A DNA stretch of 64,000 bases from Microthyrium microscopicum. Lineage: Eukaryota. The notes under the pieces were generated by a model. It did not search any database. It saw only the letters and a list, made by a program, of their open reading frames with translations, and was not told the origin of the DNA. The stretch's first letter is position 1. Each line of letters begins with the position of its first letter. Where the stretch lies: NCBI GenBank assembly GCA_010405405.1, contig MU004240.1:262316-326315 (forward strand). The letters are read 5' to 3'. Of this stretch, positions 62,128 to 64,000 are shown piece by piece. The position numbers were made by a program, and so were the translations under genes.

Positions 62128-62841
62128 AGTGTTCTTTACAAAATGCAGGCCTCATGACGAGCTGATCAGCCGTAAAGGACATGTTCGTTCTGTATGAAAA
62201 CTTCTGTTGTCGACAATGAACTTGAAGTCTACTAGTACTTGAGACGGTGTAAGATTCAATGTTGGAGTCCCATTGAAGGCCAGTCAGCCTTGTCAGCCTG
62301 ATACCAAAGAGATGTTAGCATCCATACAAATTATGTACCAAATTTTCAGTAACAAGCGCCAAACGGCAACTTACTATACAAAATGCCACTCAAGACTGAA
62401 GCAAATCAAATAAGTCGCAGCTGATGCTATTGACCAGCTTATTGACATTTGTCTATCACATGACTTTGAATCCATCAAAGCATTGAGCGCCTCTGAAGAA
62501 ATGGCCTCTTAGAAACCACGATCTCTGGTGGAAGTTGGCATCAGACTTGAACCGACACCATCTCAACACCACCATCTCCATTCCAATGAAACAATGATCA
62601 AAAGCGACTCAACCGAATGCCGCGAGTGCTCCAAAGTACCGCGCTGAAGCTCCGCGCCAGCAGCCTCAGGAAGATCGCAACCTCGGCAGAGTCAAAATTG
62701 CCGACATCTTTGTCCAGATTACTTTTCCCCCGCCTTGAAAATGGCTTCTCCAAGCTCCTTCTTCCACCACGACGCCAGCGTCTACCAAACCAATTGTATT
62801 ATTATTCCACACCAAGCATTCCTATCTCATCTTCCGCCAAC

Positions 62842-63897
62842 ATGAGCTCCTCCTCCAGCCCTGGCGCTGGCCACGAGTATAAGCCGTTCCCTGTGGCATG
62901 GCTCAAGCGCGATACTCTCCTCTTCGCTAACAGCATCGGCTGCACTGCTGATGAGCTGCACTTCCTCTATGTACTTTTACCCTCCCGTAGAGGTTCTTTA
63001 GCTGTGGCTAACCATGATGGTATAGGAGCTCCACCCAGCATTCGCCGTCTTCCCTACCTACCCCATCATCCTGCCCTTCAAGCACACCGACCAAGAAGTC
63101 GTCGACTTCTACGCCCGATCCGCCGCAGAACCCATCCCCGGCGTGCCCAAGTTCGACAGCAAGCGAGTCGTCGATGGCGAGCGCAAAATGGTCTTCCTCA
63201 AGCCACTGCCCGTCAGTTCCGCGGGCCGCAAATTCGAAGTGCGCGGCCGCGTGATTGGCGTGTATGACAAGGGCAAGCCAGGCACGGTCGTTGAGACGGA
63301 GAGCACGTTGGTGGATGCAGAGAGTGGGGAGGTGTATACGCGGGCAACGGGCAGTGCGTTTTATGTTGGGCAGGGTGGCTGGGGTGGACCAAAGGGTAAG
63401 TTCAGAGATGTTCAGAAGAAAATGTGTGAAAGATGCTGATGTGATTGGGAATTGTAGGACCTAAGAACGTCAATTACAATCCACCCGCCAACACTGAGCC
63501 TACGGCAACATATACGCTGCAAACAACTCTACAGTCGGCGTTGCTCTATCGCCTCAATGGCGATTACAACCCACTGCACGCAACACCAGAGCCAGGCAAG
63601 CAGATGGGCTTTGGCGGAGCCATTATGCACGGACTGTTCAGCTGGAATTCAACGGCACATGGCTTACTCCAGACGCTCGGTGGCAGTGACCCAGCCAACA
63701 TCAAGGAGTTCCAGGCACGCTTTGCATCGCCTGTGCTGCCAGGCGACAAGCTTGTGACGCAAATCTGGCGCATGGGCAATACTGACACGGATGGCTTCGA
63801 GGAGGTGCGATTCGTCACCAGTGTTGAGGGAAAGAAGGTGTGTCTGAGTAATGGACGAGCATTGATTAAGGTGGTAGGCAAGAAGAGCAAGTTGTAA
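62842..63897 (+). CDS. Peroxisomal MaoC-like (enoyl-CoA hydratase 2) dehydratase
   Basis: WLKRDTLLFA, VVDGER, YDKGKPG, LYRLNGDYNPLHA, IMHGL, ARFASPV; C-terminal SKL (PTS1); two introns. Confidence 0.92.
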
Positions 63898-64000
63898 ATA
63901 TGGTTGTAGATATGGCGTTGATCGACGCAGTTCTGGTGAACATGAGAAGTGGAAAGAGATGGTATCTCTGCTGCGCGTTCAGAGGTTGAAAGCTGCGAAA

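Overview
Eukaryotic window from a filamentous ascomycete (Pezizomycotina): short GT-AG introns with CTRAC branch sites, and RIP-type mutation. Positions 1 to about 3900 are an AT-rich, RIP-degraded repeat. Inside it sits a 1,038-bp non-autonomous LTR retroelement (582-1619) with 210-bp LTRs, an AAAAC target-site duplication, a polypurine tract and an 11-nt Tf1-like self-priming site. The rest is gene-dense, with about 23 protein genes: a secreted Cys-rich protein, fatty-aldehyde dehydrogenase, DUF2235 hydrolase, DUF3455 protein, WKF protein, proteasome alpha1, a conserved hypothetical, ECM33, an atypical bHLH, a QDE-1-type RdRP, Pep12 syntaxin, COQ2, a DMM-1-like JmjC protein, AHC1, kish (absent from the ORF track), a GNAT, a small orphan, CutC, an ADP-ribose Nudix hydrolase, an AA16 LPMO with a Met-rich GPI tail, DPM1, a cyclin-L-like protein and a peroxisomal MaoC dehydratase. 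The most notable unexplained signal is a roughly 2.2-kb stretch with no credible protein gene (about 21100-23350). By hand it folds into nested long-range helices and carries a telomere-template-like 8-mer and a U-rich/A-rich pseudoknot, so it is a candidate telomerase RNA gene. All family calls come from recognising motifs by eye and all base-pairings were found manually; no searches or folding programs were run.
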